Assembly: GCA_964016885.1 (NCBI GenBank)
Contig: OZ024746.1
Location: 11,470,001 to 11,534,000, forward strand
DNA from: Eledone cirrhosa
Lineage: Eukaryota
DNA: 64,000 nucleotides
Direction of reading: 5' to 3'
The notes beneath the pieces were generated by a model. That model was not told the origin of the DNA. It searched no databases and was given only the letters and a program-made list of their open reading frames with translations. Positions 26,301-39,739 of this stretch are shown piece by piece. Position 1 is the first letter of the stretch; each line of letters begins with the position of its first letter. The position numbers were made by a program, and so were the translations under genes.

Positions 26301-28746
26301 AATACAGCTATTGTGATTGGTCATAATACAGCTACTGTGATTGGTCATAATACAGCTATTGTGATTGGTCATAATAAAGCTACTGTGATTGGTCATAATA
26401 CAGCTATTGTGATTGGACATAATACAGCTACTGTGATTGGTCATAATACAGCTATTGTGATTGGTCATAATACAGCTACTGTGATTGGTCATAATACAGC
26501 TATTGTGATTGGTCATAATACAGCTATTGTGATTGGTCATAATACAGCTACTGTGATTGGTCATAATACAGCTATTGTGATTGGACATAATACAGCTACT
26601 GTGATTGGTCATAATACAGCTACTGTGATTGGTCATAATACAGCTATTGTGATTGGTCATAATACAGCTACTGTGATTGGTCATAATACAGCTATTGTGA
26701 TTGGTCATAATAAAGCTACTGTGATTGGTCATAATACAGCTATTGTGATTGGTCATAATACAGCTATTGTGATTGGTCATAATACAGCTACTGTGATTGG
26801 TCATAATACAGCTACTTGATTGGTCATAATACAGCTACTGTGATTGGTCATAATACAGCTATTGTGATTGGTCATAATAAAGCTACTGTGATTGGTCATA
26901 ATACAGCTATTGTGATTGGACATAATACAGCTACTGTGATTGGTCATAATACAGCTATTGTGATTGGACATAATACAGCTACTGTGATTGGTCATAATAA
27001 AGCTACTGTGATTGGTCATAATACAGCTATTGTGATTGGACATAATAGAGCCACTGTGATTGGTCATAATACAGCTACTGTGATTGGTCATAATACAGCT
27101 ATTGTGATTGGTCATAATAAAGCTACTGTGATTGGTCATAATACAGCTATTGTGATTGGTCATAATACAGCTACTGTGATTGGTCATAATACAGCTATTG
27201 TGATTGGTCATAATACAGCTACTGTGATTGGTCATAATACAGCTACTGTGATTGGTTATAATACAGCTATTGTGATTGGTCATAATACAGCTACTGTGAT
27301 TGGACATAATACAGCCACTGTGATTGGTCATAATACAGCTATTGTGATTGGTCATAATACAGCTACTGTGATTGGTCATAATAAAGCTACTGTGATTGGT
27401 CATAATACAGCTATTGTGATTGGTCATAATAAAGCTACTGTGATTGGTCATAATACAGCTATTGTGATTGGTCATAATACAGCTACTGTGATTGGTCATA
27501 ATACAGCTACTGTGATTGGTTATAATACAGCTATTGTGATTGGTCATAATACAGCTACTGTGATTGGTGATAATACAGCCACTGTGATTGGTCATAATAC
27601 AGCTATTGTGATTGGTCATAATACAGCTACTGTGATTGGTCATAATACAGCTACTGTGATTGGTTATAATACAGCTATTGTGATTGGTCATAATACAGCT
27701 ACTGTGATTGGTCATAATGCAGCTATTGTGATTGATCATAATACAGCTACTGTGATTGGTCATAATACAGCTATTGTGATTGGTCATAATACAGCTACTG
27801 TGATTGGTCATAATACAGCTACTGTGATTGGTCATGATACAGCTATTGTGATTGGTCATAATACAGCTACTGTGATTGGTCATAATACAGCTACTGTGAT
27901 TGGTCATAATACAGCTATTGTGATTGGTCATAATACAGCTACTATGATTGGTCATAATACAGCTATTGTGATTGGTCATAATAAAGCTACTGTGATTGGT
28001 CATAATACAGCTATTGTGATTGGTCATAATACAGCTACTGTGATTGGTCATAATACAGCTATTGTGATTGGTCATAATAAAGCTACTGTGATTGGTCATA
28101 ATACAGCTATTGTGATTGGTCATAATACAGCTACTGTGATTGGTCATAATACAGCTATTGTGATTGGTCATAATACAGCTACTGTGATTGGTCATAATAC
28201 AGCTATTGTGATTGGTCATAATACAGCTACTGTGATTGGTCATAATACAGCTATTGTGATTGGACATAATACAGCTACTGTGATTGGTTATAATACAGCT
28301 ACTGTGATTGGTCATAATACAGCTATTGTGATTGGTCATAATATAGCTACTGTGATTGGTCATAATACAGCTATTGTGATTGGTCATAATAAAGCTACTG
28401 TGATTGGTCATAATACAGCTATTGTGATTGGTCATAATAGAGCTACTGTGATTGGTCATAATACAGCTACTGTGATTGGTCATAATACAGCTATTGTGAT
28501 TGGTCATAATACAGCTACTGTGATTGGTCATAATACAGCTATTGTGATTGGACATAATACAGCTACTGTGATTGGTCATAATACAGCTATTGTGATTGGT
28601 CATAATACAGCTACTGTGATTGGTGATAATACAGCTACTGTGATTGGTCATAATACAGCTATTGTGATTGGACATAATACAGCTACTGTGATTGGTCATA
28701 ATACAGCTACTGTGATTGGTCATAGTACAGCTATTGTGATTGGTCA
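23333..28746. repeat. 24-bp tandem array, ~225 units, 5.4 kb
   Basis: Unit (C/T)TGTGATTGGTCATAATACAGCTA. One 1-bp deletion at ~26816. Confidence 0.98.
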
Positions 28747-31095
28747 ATTACTTTATCAGTTTGAGATTATACTAGGAGAGGATACCTTCCTAGCAAGACA
28801 ACAGCAGGAGGAATTTTTAGCAAAGGGGAAGCACTTATATATAACATTCATTATGATGAAAATAGTAATTTTTAAATATGTCCTTTTCATTTTTCACAAC
28901 CTTGTCATTGAGCAGGTGTCTGGTTAAAATAAAAACTAACATCATCATCATCATCATTGTTATTGTCATTTAACAGACATTTTATGATGATGATGATGAC
29001 AATATCATCTTGATTAGAGTGTTAGTGAAAAAGCTTCGGATCTAATAAATAAATGTTGAACCTAATCCAGAAGAAGGTTGTTTGACGTTAGATTTCATCA
29101 AAATTTTCATTAAATACTCAATGAATGGATGAAACAGTTTTCTTTCAATTGTATTCTGTAAAGTCAACTTAACATTCAGAATATACAATAGATATTGTTT
29201 TTTACTTCTAACACTGTCACATCACCAAATATTGGATCTTCAGATTTGCTTCCATTAAATTTCAGACAATAAATAATATCTATTTCCACCAGCTCTTCAT
29301 TTAATTGAAGACAAGCCTTGTATGGTAATCACAAACATTAAGTCTATATGTCAAATATAAATAAGACATTTTAAGTGAAAGGTTTAAATCATTTCAGCCA
29401 AGTAAAGCCTGTATGTACAAACACACACATACATGTACACAAATGCACACACACACATACACAAATACATATACATACATACACACACACACACACATAC
29501 ATAAATACACATACATTGTTATCAGTATATATATACTTCAATAAACACCACACAATGAAGAAATAATAGAGTAGCTAATGGTGAAGATAACAACAAAAAT
29601 AAAAGGTGAGAAGTGACAGTGTGTGAACATGTGACAGTGTGGGAGGAGGAGATGGAGGCTGGAGTGGGATGGTGGTGAAAGATGGAGTGAGGTGGAGGTG
29701 GGGTGACAGATGGAGTGGAGATGGGGGCTGGAGTAGGAAGAGTGAGAAGAAAGAACAGATGAAGAGAGGAACAGAAGTGAAGGTGTGATCAGAGAAAAAG
29801 AAATGTTGTAAAAAGCCACAAAGGTAATGAAAAAAAAACAGAGATAGGGAATAAAATTCTAAATGAAGGAGGCTAAAATGAAAGATAAAGAGAAAATGAG
29901 GTGAAGGGGAACAAAATAATGAAAAAGATAAACCTCAAAAACAGAAGCAAAAAAAAACCTAAATATTCAGGACAAGAAGAAGATACAATAAAGATTTTAT
30001 TGTTTGTGGTGCTAAGAACATAAATTTCTTGTCAATTGAGAGTAGGGTGACAATAATATGGAGATAGGGAGCAGGAGTGGATGCTAGCAACTATTTGAAA
30101 GCTATCAATGAACGGATGGAAAGATAAAATAATGCAAACATTTTAAGAGAATTTCAAAAACTCTTACCTTTTAACCCCCATATGGAACTAAGATTATATC
30201 ACCTTCAAAAGACCCTCTGTTAACAGGTTGTTCAATACATATATACACATATATATATATATATATACACACACACATCTATATATCACATGCACACATA
30301 TATTACATATTCACATTTACTATGTTGTTTAAATGCTGAGTCCTTTTGTTTCTTTTTTTGTGGGAGGGGTTATAGGTGCCTTTTATTGTAACAGCCCAAG
30401 GGAGGTTATTGATTGAGAGGGGGGGGGGGGGGGGGGGGGGTAAATTGAGCCCTCAGTGAACCATGTTCAGCAGGGGTATAAAATAGAGGGAGGTAAGGAG
30501 TGTGATAGCTAGGAAGCCATGGGTGAAGTAAGTATGACACTTTATATGTATATATATTAATGGATATATCGATATGAAAAATATATATATCAATGTGCTG
30601 ACCAACAAACCCTCAATGTAGAGGCACTAAACTTTCCAAAACAGAAGGAACTCACAAGATAGAGTTATTGGTACAATTTAGACATCTTGTACAAAAAACA
30701 GATACAACATATAATCAGTTACAACAATGAAATATTACTTTATATTAGCAATATACAATTCTACTACATGCTCAGACAGCTGCAGTGTCTGGTTCTGAAG
30801 AAACGTGATAATTACCAAGCCAAGATAAGACCTTTTGTCAGAAAGTCAATCTCAATCAATTAATTAATTAACCAAATATGCAAGACATCAAATGTCCATG
30901 AATAAGTCTGAGGCAGGACCCTAACATGTGTTGCATGTCAGGTGATGTGGCAGAAACTGCTAGTTTTGGACAGTGGAAGGCAGGAGGAATGCTAAATATA
31001 GCTCCACACCAGCTGTGAAGCACTCAACTTATGTATTTGATAGACATGGGAGTGAATATATATATATAAGCAAAGAGATATTTAATTTGTTGGTT

Positions 31096-31849
31096 CATCA
31101 TCATCATCATCATCACCGTTTTACGTCCGTTCTTCCACGCTAGCATGGGTTAGACGGGTTGTCCTGCTGTGGGCAGTGTCTGGTCGGCTGACCATGCCTT
31201 GCTCATACAGGAACTGATCTGGCTTGATTTCTACAGCTGGATGCCCTTCCTAACACCAACCTTATTTACAGTGAGTGCTGGGTGCTTTTTCATGGCGCCT
31301 ACACGTCCACTTTACAGTGTGGGCTGGGTGCTTTTTTTGCCGTGGCACCTCCACGACCACCTTGCGGTGGGGGTTGTGGGGCATATTGTCTATATGCTTC
31401 AGCTTGTACCCATGGGAGGTCGGGTACTCTGTATTACTGCGTGACGCCAGAAGTCACGGTCGTGTGTCATTGCCTTTGAGAGGTGTAATTGGGTAAGGTC
31501 GGCTTTTATCACCTCATCCCAGGTCATCTTGGGTCTCCCCACTCCGCGGTTTCCATCAACTTCTAGTGCTCTGCATCTTTTTATGCAGCTGTCATCCTTC
31601 ATACGCATCACATGTCCATACCAGCGCAACCGCCTCTCTTGCACACAGCATTTGATTCCTCTTATGCTCAGTCTCTCTCTCAATTCATTTATGCTTTGTC
31701 GTTCACATATATTACTGTTACACATCCATCGGAGCATGCAGGCTTCGTTTCTCTCTAATCTACGTAAGTCTTCCACCTTCAGCGCCCAGGTCTCACTACC
31801 ATGCAACATTGCTGTTCGGATACACGCATCATACAATCTGCCTTTCATT
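31096..31849 (-). mobile_element. 5'-truncated RTE LINE (ORF C-terminus, 3' UTR and (GAT)n tail)
   Basis: ORF 31399-31848 reads MKGRLYDACIRTAMLHGSETW...RRLRWYGHVMRM...GRPKMTW, a typical RTE C-terminus. Confidence 0.9.
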
Positions 31850-32109
31850 CTGAGGGTTATTCAACAAATTTATTTATAACAGATTCGAAGCACTCTACAA
31901 GCTTTCTGGAGTATAATATCAATGATATTAATAAATGGAAACTATATTTATAAAACCATATTTATTTTATTATATATATTTCAAGGGTACCAAATGTTAG
32001 TACAATCTCATCAGATAAAATACAAAATTTGTTTTATAAATAGTGACATACCTGAGAAACAAGACAAGGTCTGGTTTCTTGGGTATGTCACTATTTATAA
32101 AACAAATTT

Positions 32110-33263
<1,154 letters not shown>

Positions 33264-33294
33264 ATCTAAGGCGGGTAAAATTCCCGAGATCCAT

Positions 33295-33590
33295 GGAGGC
33301 ACATGGCTTAGTGGTTAGAGCATTGGCCTTGCAATCGAGGGGTTGTGAGTTCAATTCTCAGACCGGGTGATGTGTTGTTTCCTTGAGCAAGACACTTTAT
33401 TTCACGTTGCTCCAGTTTACTCAGCTGTAGAAATGAGATGATAGGGACTGGGGTCCATATCATTCCACTGCAAAGTGGTCGTGGAGGTGCCACGGCAAAA
33501 AAGCACACTGTAAAAATGAGGTTGGTGTTAGGAAGGGCATCCAGCTGTAGAAATCAAGCCAGAATCGGACGTAAAATGATGATGATGATG
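33295..33590 (+). mobile_element. tRNA-derived CORE-type SINE with an RTE-derived 3' tail
   Basis: Head TGGCTTAGTGGTTAGAG...GAGTTCAATTCTC plus CORE. The tail GTGGTCGTGGAGGTGCCACGGCAAAAAAGCAC...GGTTGGTGTTAGGAAGGGCATCCAGCTGTAGAAATCAAGCCAGA...(GAT)n matches the reverse complement of the RTE tail at ~31100-31365. Confidence 0.85.
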
Positions 33591-34550
<960 letters not shown>

Positions 34551-34970
34551 ACAGAGAAGACCCGCCTTACCTAAATATATAGTAGAACCTACTCCAGCCA
34601 GTAGGCATCTCTAACAAAATACACCCCGTCCCACCCCCCCCACCCCCACCCCATCCACACCACCCCGTTCTATGTAAAGTTATGTTGGTGCCGCGCCATC
34701 CAGGCCGAAACAAATGAGATCGTGTAGGTGTCACGACTAAAAAACACACAGTCCACGCTGTAATGTGGCCGTGTAGGCAACACGGTAAACACCTCCCAGA
34801 CCCACACTGTAAATGTGGTTGGTGTTAGGAAGGGCATCCAACTGTAGAAAACCTGCCAGACAGTCCTATGCGAGCAAGACAATCACTCTTGCCTCAAGTG
34901 GGACTACCCCCGTCCAAACCCATGCAAGCGTGGAACACGGACGTTAAACGTTGATGATGAAGATGATGAT
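34551..34970 (+). mobile_element. RTE LINE 3' UTR copy
   Basis: Closely similar to 39195-39543: same GTTAGGAAGGGCATCCA..GTAGAAAACC.GCCAGACAGTCCTATGCGAGCAAGAC and (GAT)n end. Confidence 0.85.
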
Positions 34971-35584
34971 GATATATACATATATATATAAACATATATA
35001 TACATATATATACACATATATACATATATATATATACACATATATATATATATATACATATACATACATATATACATACATTATTATACTTGGGGAGGGT
35101 CATATTTGTGTAATATTGCCAGAATTAATAACAGAACACACTCACTGTTTGGTTGGTTTTCGCTTCTGTGTCTTTTATATCGGTAATCTAATCTATGCGG
35201 TCCTCAATGTTGCCATTGACTGACCGACGGTCAAAAATAATACAGATACAATATAGACATAAACACATGTATATAGTTTATCATAAACCTTTCGTTGAAC
35301 ATCTGCAACATCGTCAGTGGTGCTATTGTTTCCTCCCGTTGCATTGTATGTCTACGCCATTTTTATTTAGTCTGTCTATATATATATATATATTTTTTTT
35401 TATTTGCTTGTTTGTTTATTTTATTTTGTCTTCTTTGCGCATGCGTTTGCGTGTGTGTATAGTGTTTTGTTTGATGTGTGTTCGTGATTGGGTGACTAGT
35501 GTGTGTTTATATGTGTTTGTTGTTATTGTGCTTGTGTATGTATTTATTTATTTATTTATCTATTTTAATTATTTATTTATTTAT

Positions 35585-35895
35585 TTATACTTCTCTTAGG
35601 TCAGTGTTGTTTGTTTGGGTGTTGTTGTTATTCCATTCATTCTTTCTGTTTAGTCTTGGCCTTCTAAGTTCTATTTCACTGGCCTCTCTGATTTGCCTAT
35701 CTGGTGGGTCATTTCTATGTTTAGATATTATTCTAATTTCTATGTTGTCTATGTTACCGTCGTGTTGTTGTCTGGCATGTTCGTATAGTACTGTCCCGTT
35801 TTTTCGTCCTTTTAGTTCCCCCCAGTGTTGGTCTACCCTTTCACCTATGCTACGAGCTGTCTCACCTCTGTATGTTGTTGTCATGTTTCTGCAGA
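35585..35895 (-). mobile_element. Penelope-like element, GIY-YIG endonuclease C-terminal fragment
   Basis: CRNMTTTYRGETARSIGERVDQH...LYEHARQQH...RQIREASEIELRRPRLNRKNEW fits the PLE GIY-YIG pattern Y.GET.R...R..(E/Q)H...R.I.EA..I...P.LN. Confidence 0.8.
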
Positions 35896-37370
35896 AACAT
35901 ATGTATATATGTATATATATATGTATACATATATAAATATAAATACATATATATATATATGTATAAGGAACGATCGACTTTCGTCAAATCGGACCGAGGG
36001 AACAATCTTTCCGTTGGTCTTTCCAATTGCTAATACTATCTAAATATCATTTCCTAAAACTGATACCATTAAGTAAACATATGTAATTATTTTTAATTTA
36101 GTTAAGCTATAATTAATATTCTACTACTGTTGAACTACATAATTCCGCTTTAAATATTATAAACCTAATTATTATACACCTTAGAAATTAATATATAAAC
36201 TATTTTTATTTTAGTTAACCTATAATTAATGTTCTACTAATGATGAACTACATAATTTGGCTTTCCTTCTTACAAATATCATTTCCTAAAACTGATACCA
36301 TTAAGTAAACACATATAAAGCTTTAACTTCAGGTTATGACTCTATGTTCCTTGAAACCTATATATTTACTATTTCCCACTAATAAATTTAATCCCCCCCC
36401 CCCAATAATTATATGTATATGTAAGCGTGGATGTGTGTATGTATATATAAGTGTGTATGTATGTATGTGTGTATGTATGAGAGTGTAAAAATACATATAT
36501 ATGTATGTGTAGATCTATGTATGTATATGTATATATGTGTATGACTATATATGTGTGTATGTGTATATATATGTATGTCTGTGTGTGTGTGTGTGTATGT
36601 ATATGTACATGTGTATGTGTGTATATATATATATGTATATATATGTATGGGTATATGTTGGTGTGTGTATGTGTATGTATGTGTATATGTATATGTATAT
36701 ATATATATACACATACATACTTACCTTTTTTTTTTTGTTATGCGTGTGCATGCAAACAGGTCAATATGCGTGAGTGTAAGTATGTGTGTGTGTGTGTGTG
36801 TATGTACGTATCGAACGTATGGATGTGTAAGTGTGCATGTGTATATAAGCATGTATATTTTTTGCGTTTCTTTTGTGAGACATGCGTGTCTGTGTATGTA
36901 TGTACCCATTTTTTTGTCTTCTTTTCTTTAGTTTTTTCTTTCTAAAATTTTTTCTTTCTAATTTATTGTTACATTTTTGTAAATATATCGAGATTGATAC
37001 TTTCCTTTAATTATTACACTCCCTTACCTCTTTTACTTCCGCATCTAAGTGTACGTGTGTGTAGGCGTGTTTATGCGCGCGCCTTCATATTCATATACTT
37101 ATGATGTATCTATTCTGTCTGTAGATTACAGACATACAGATACATTTGCCCTAAATTTTAGATTTACACACACTTCTTCACTATACGTATACATATGTGC
37201 ATACACATACATGCACATCTGTGAGCGTATTTACATACATATACACACACCTAACTATATTTCTTGATAGATTTTTATATATTTCAATCTCTATTTCATT
37301 TGTCTATTCAAAACCTGTTCCCAAACAGACCTATTGTATTGAATCTTTGTTCTTATCAATAAACAAGTAT

Positions 37371-37510
37371 CATTATTTCTGAAGACAGCATATATATGTG
37401 AAGGTATGTATATTCCCTCTGATAGTTTGTATAAATATTGTACATAGATCTATAGAATATGCATACCAACTCTAACACATATATGTCCTAGAAACGATCG
37501 TAAAATAATG
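37371..37510 (+). ncRNA. Penelope-type type-I hammerhead ribozyme fold with long stem II
   Basis: Stem I CATTATTT/AAATAATG, core CTGAAGA (37379), GAAA (37491), palindromic stem III CGATCG, cleavage triplet GUA. The base of stem II is imperfect. Confidence 0.6.
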
Positions 37511-37609
37511 AACTTTTTTTTGTTTAATATAAGGAACTGTTTCTTTGTTTATTCATTATTTTTTTAATAATTTATATATGTATATATATATATATATATA
37601 TGTAAATAT

Positions 37610-37676
<67 letters not shown>

Positions 37677-37693
37677 AATATATATATAAATAT

Positions 37694-37756
<63 letters not shown>

Positions 37757-37782
37757 AATATATATATATATATATATATATA

Positions 37783-38458
37783 TAGGAACGAGTAGGACCC
37801 CAACGGCTGAGCTCAAGCCGTTTCGACAGCTAATTCTGGACTAAATGAAAATTTTTATGCTGGTATTTGAATAGCCGAGCTTCTCAAGGGGTAATTCCAT
37901 ATATGGTAAAAGTGGTTGTCACAAGGATTGGTCAAAAGTTTGTTGTTGAAACATAATAGTTCTATGATGGCAATTTGTGGAGGGAAGGAGTAGCTGAACC
38001 TGCCAGTAGGAGAAAGAGGGAGAGGGGGCGGAGGAGACCCATTCATGCGTTGATAGTGCCGACTACAGCTGGGCATGAGGTCAAAGAAGAAACTAGGGAG
38101 GGGGAGGAAGTCAAAACAATAAGTAGAACAATATAGGGTAAAAATATAGAAAAATACCGAGTGTGTTAAAAAGCAATCGGGGTCCTACTCGTTCCTATTA
38201 CCCACTCTACTACCCTAAGTATTGAGTACTTTGGTGCGTTATGGTCCACCTGGTTCCTTACCACATTTCCTCCGTTATCTAGCTCTTATTCCCGTAGTAG
38301 AGCACTTTCCGACCCTACCACGCCGTATCCAGACTTTTCCGCTTAGCTCAAGTTCTTTCACCCGCACCATGCGAAAACACAACATCGACTTCCCTACCAA
38401 GAACATCCCAGTCCCACCGAAAAAACTTTACCTTCGGAAGCTCACGCAGAAATTCCAT
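37783..38458. mobile_element. Penelope-like element remnant: inverted pLTR-like segment plus ORF N-terminus
   Basis: 19-bp inverted repeat TAGGAACGAGTAGGACCCC (37783-37801) / GGGGTCCTACTCGTTCCTA (38179-38197). The plus strand encodes MRKHNIDFPTKNIPVPPKKLYLRKLTQK, resembling the KNIP.P...Y...L start of some PLE ORFs. Confidence 0.6.
37797..37892 (-). ncRNA. Type-I hammerhead ribozyme fold with U3-A8 core variant
   Basis: Minus strand: ACCCC-TTGAGAA-GCTCGGCTATTC..loop..GAATTAGCTGTC-GAAA-CGGCT-TGAGCTC-AGCCG-TT-GGGGT. Confidence 0.6.
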
Positions 38459-38459
38459 T

Positions 38460-39543
38460 TTATGTCCCAAATGCAAAGTATGGGTGCATAAAAGATGTAG
38501 TGGGATCACAGGTAAGCTAACTAAGAATATAGATTTTATATGTGGTCGGTGCTCAGGTGCAATAAGTAGCAGCAAGTGCCCACAGAATACTAGCTCATTC
38601 CATTGCACGGATGGTTCTATAGAAATAGTGGACACCTTCCGTTACCTGGGTGACAAAATCAGCAGTGGGGGAGGGTGCTCTGAAAGTACAGTAGCTAGCG
38701 TCAGAACGGGATAGAAAAAGTTCAGAGAGCTTATACCACTATTGGCCGCTAAAGGGTTCTCTCTAAAAATGAAAGGCAGGCTGTATGATGCCTACATATG
38801 AACAGCAATGTTACATGGCAGTGATACTTGGGCATTGTGTGCAGAGGATATATATGCAGACTGGAGAGGAACGAAGCTTGCATGCTCCGCTGGATGTGTA
38901 ATAGTAATATACATGAACGGCAAAGCATAAATGAACTAAGGGAGAAATTAGGAATAAGAGGAATAAGAGGAATCAGATGTTGTTTACTTGAGAGAAGACT
39001 ACGTTGGTATGGTCACGTGATGCGCATGAAAGACGACAGCTATATAAAAAAGTGCAGGGCGATAAAAAATATATGGTAGCCATGGAGTAGGCAGACCCAG
39101 AAAAACCTGGGACGACTTGATAAATTCCGACCTCACACACTTACACCTCTCCAAGACAATGTCACTGGACTGAGATCTTTGGCGCTACACAGTAATACAG
39201 AAGACCTGCCTTGCCTAAGTACAAAGCGAAACCTAGTCAGTAGGCACCTCTAACAAAAATCAACCCCACCCCTTTCGATGTAAAGTTATGTTGGTACCAC
39301 AACATCCAGTTCTAAATAAATGAGGTCATGTAGGTGTCACGACAAAAAAATAGTTAGGAAACATGGTAAAAACCTCCCAGTCCACACTGTAAACGTGGTT
39401 GGTGTTAGGAAGGGCATCCAGCTGTAGAAAACCCGCCAGACAGTCCTATGCGAGCAAGACAACCAATCTTGCCTCAAGTGGAAAAATTCCCGTCCAAACC
39501 CATGCAAGCGTGGAAGATAGACGTTAAACGATGATGATGATGA
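38460..39543 (+). mobile_element. 5'-truncated RTE LINE with stops and frameshifts
   Basis: VHKRCSGITGKL...FICGRC...EIVDTFRYLGD...RLERNEACMLRWMC...RRLRWYGHVMRMKDD, then 3' UTR and (GAT)n. Confidence 0.9.
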
Positions 39544-39593
39544 TATATATATATATATATATATATATACACGTGTGTATATATATATATATA

Positions 39594-39636
<43 letters not shown>

Positions 39637-39704
39637 ATATATGTGTGTATATATATGTATATATGTGTGTATATATATATATATATTATGTATATATATG
39701 TATA

Positions 39705-39739
<35 letters not shown>

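Noticed and set aside
23244-28927. Giant ORFs (1186, 1160, 648 and 703 aa) on both strands
   Set aside because: They result from a stop-free 24-bp unit. They are open on both strands, broken by a 1-bp deletion at ~26816, lie inside an intron, and have no convincing non-repeat coding context.
33295-33370. tRNA gene
   Set aside because: The A/B boxes belong to a SINE head followed by a CORE domain and LINE tail, and no complete cloverleaf is evident. The same applies at 4907 and 57050.
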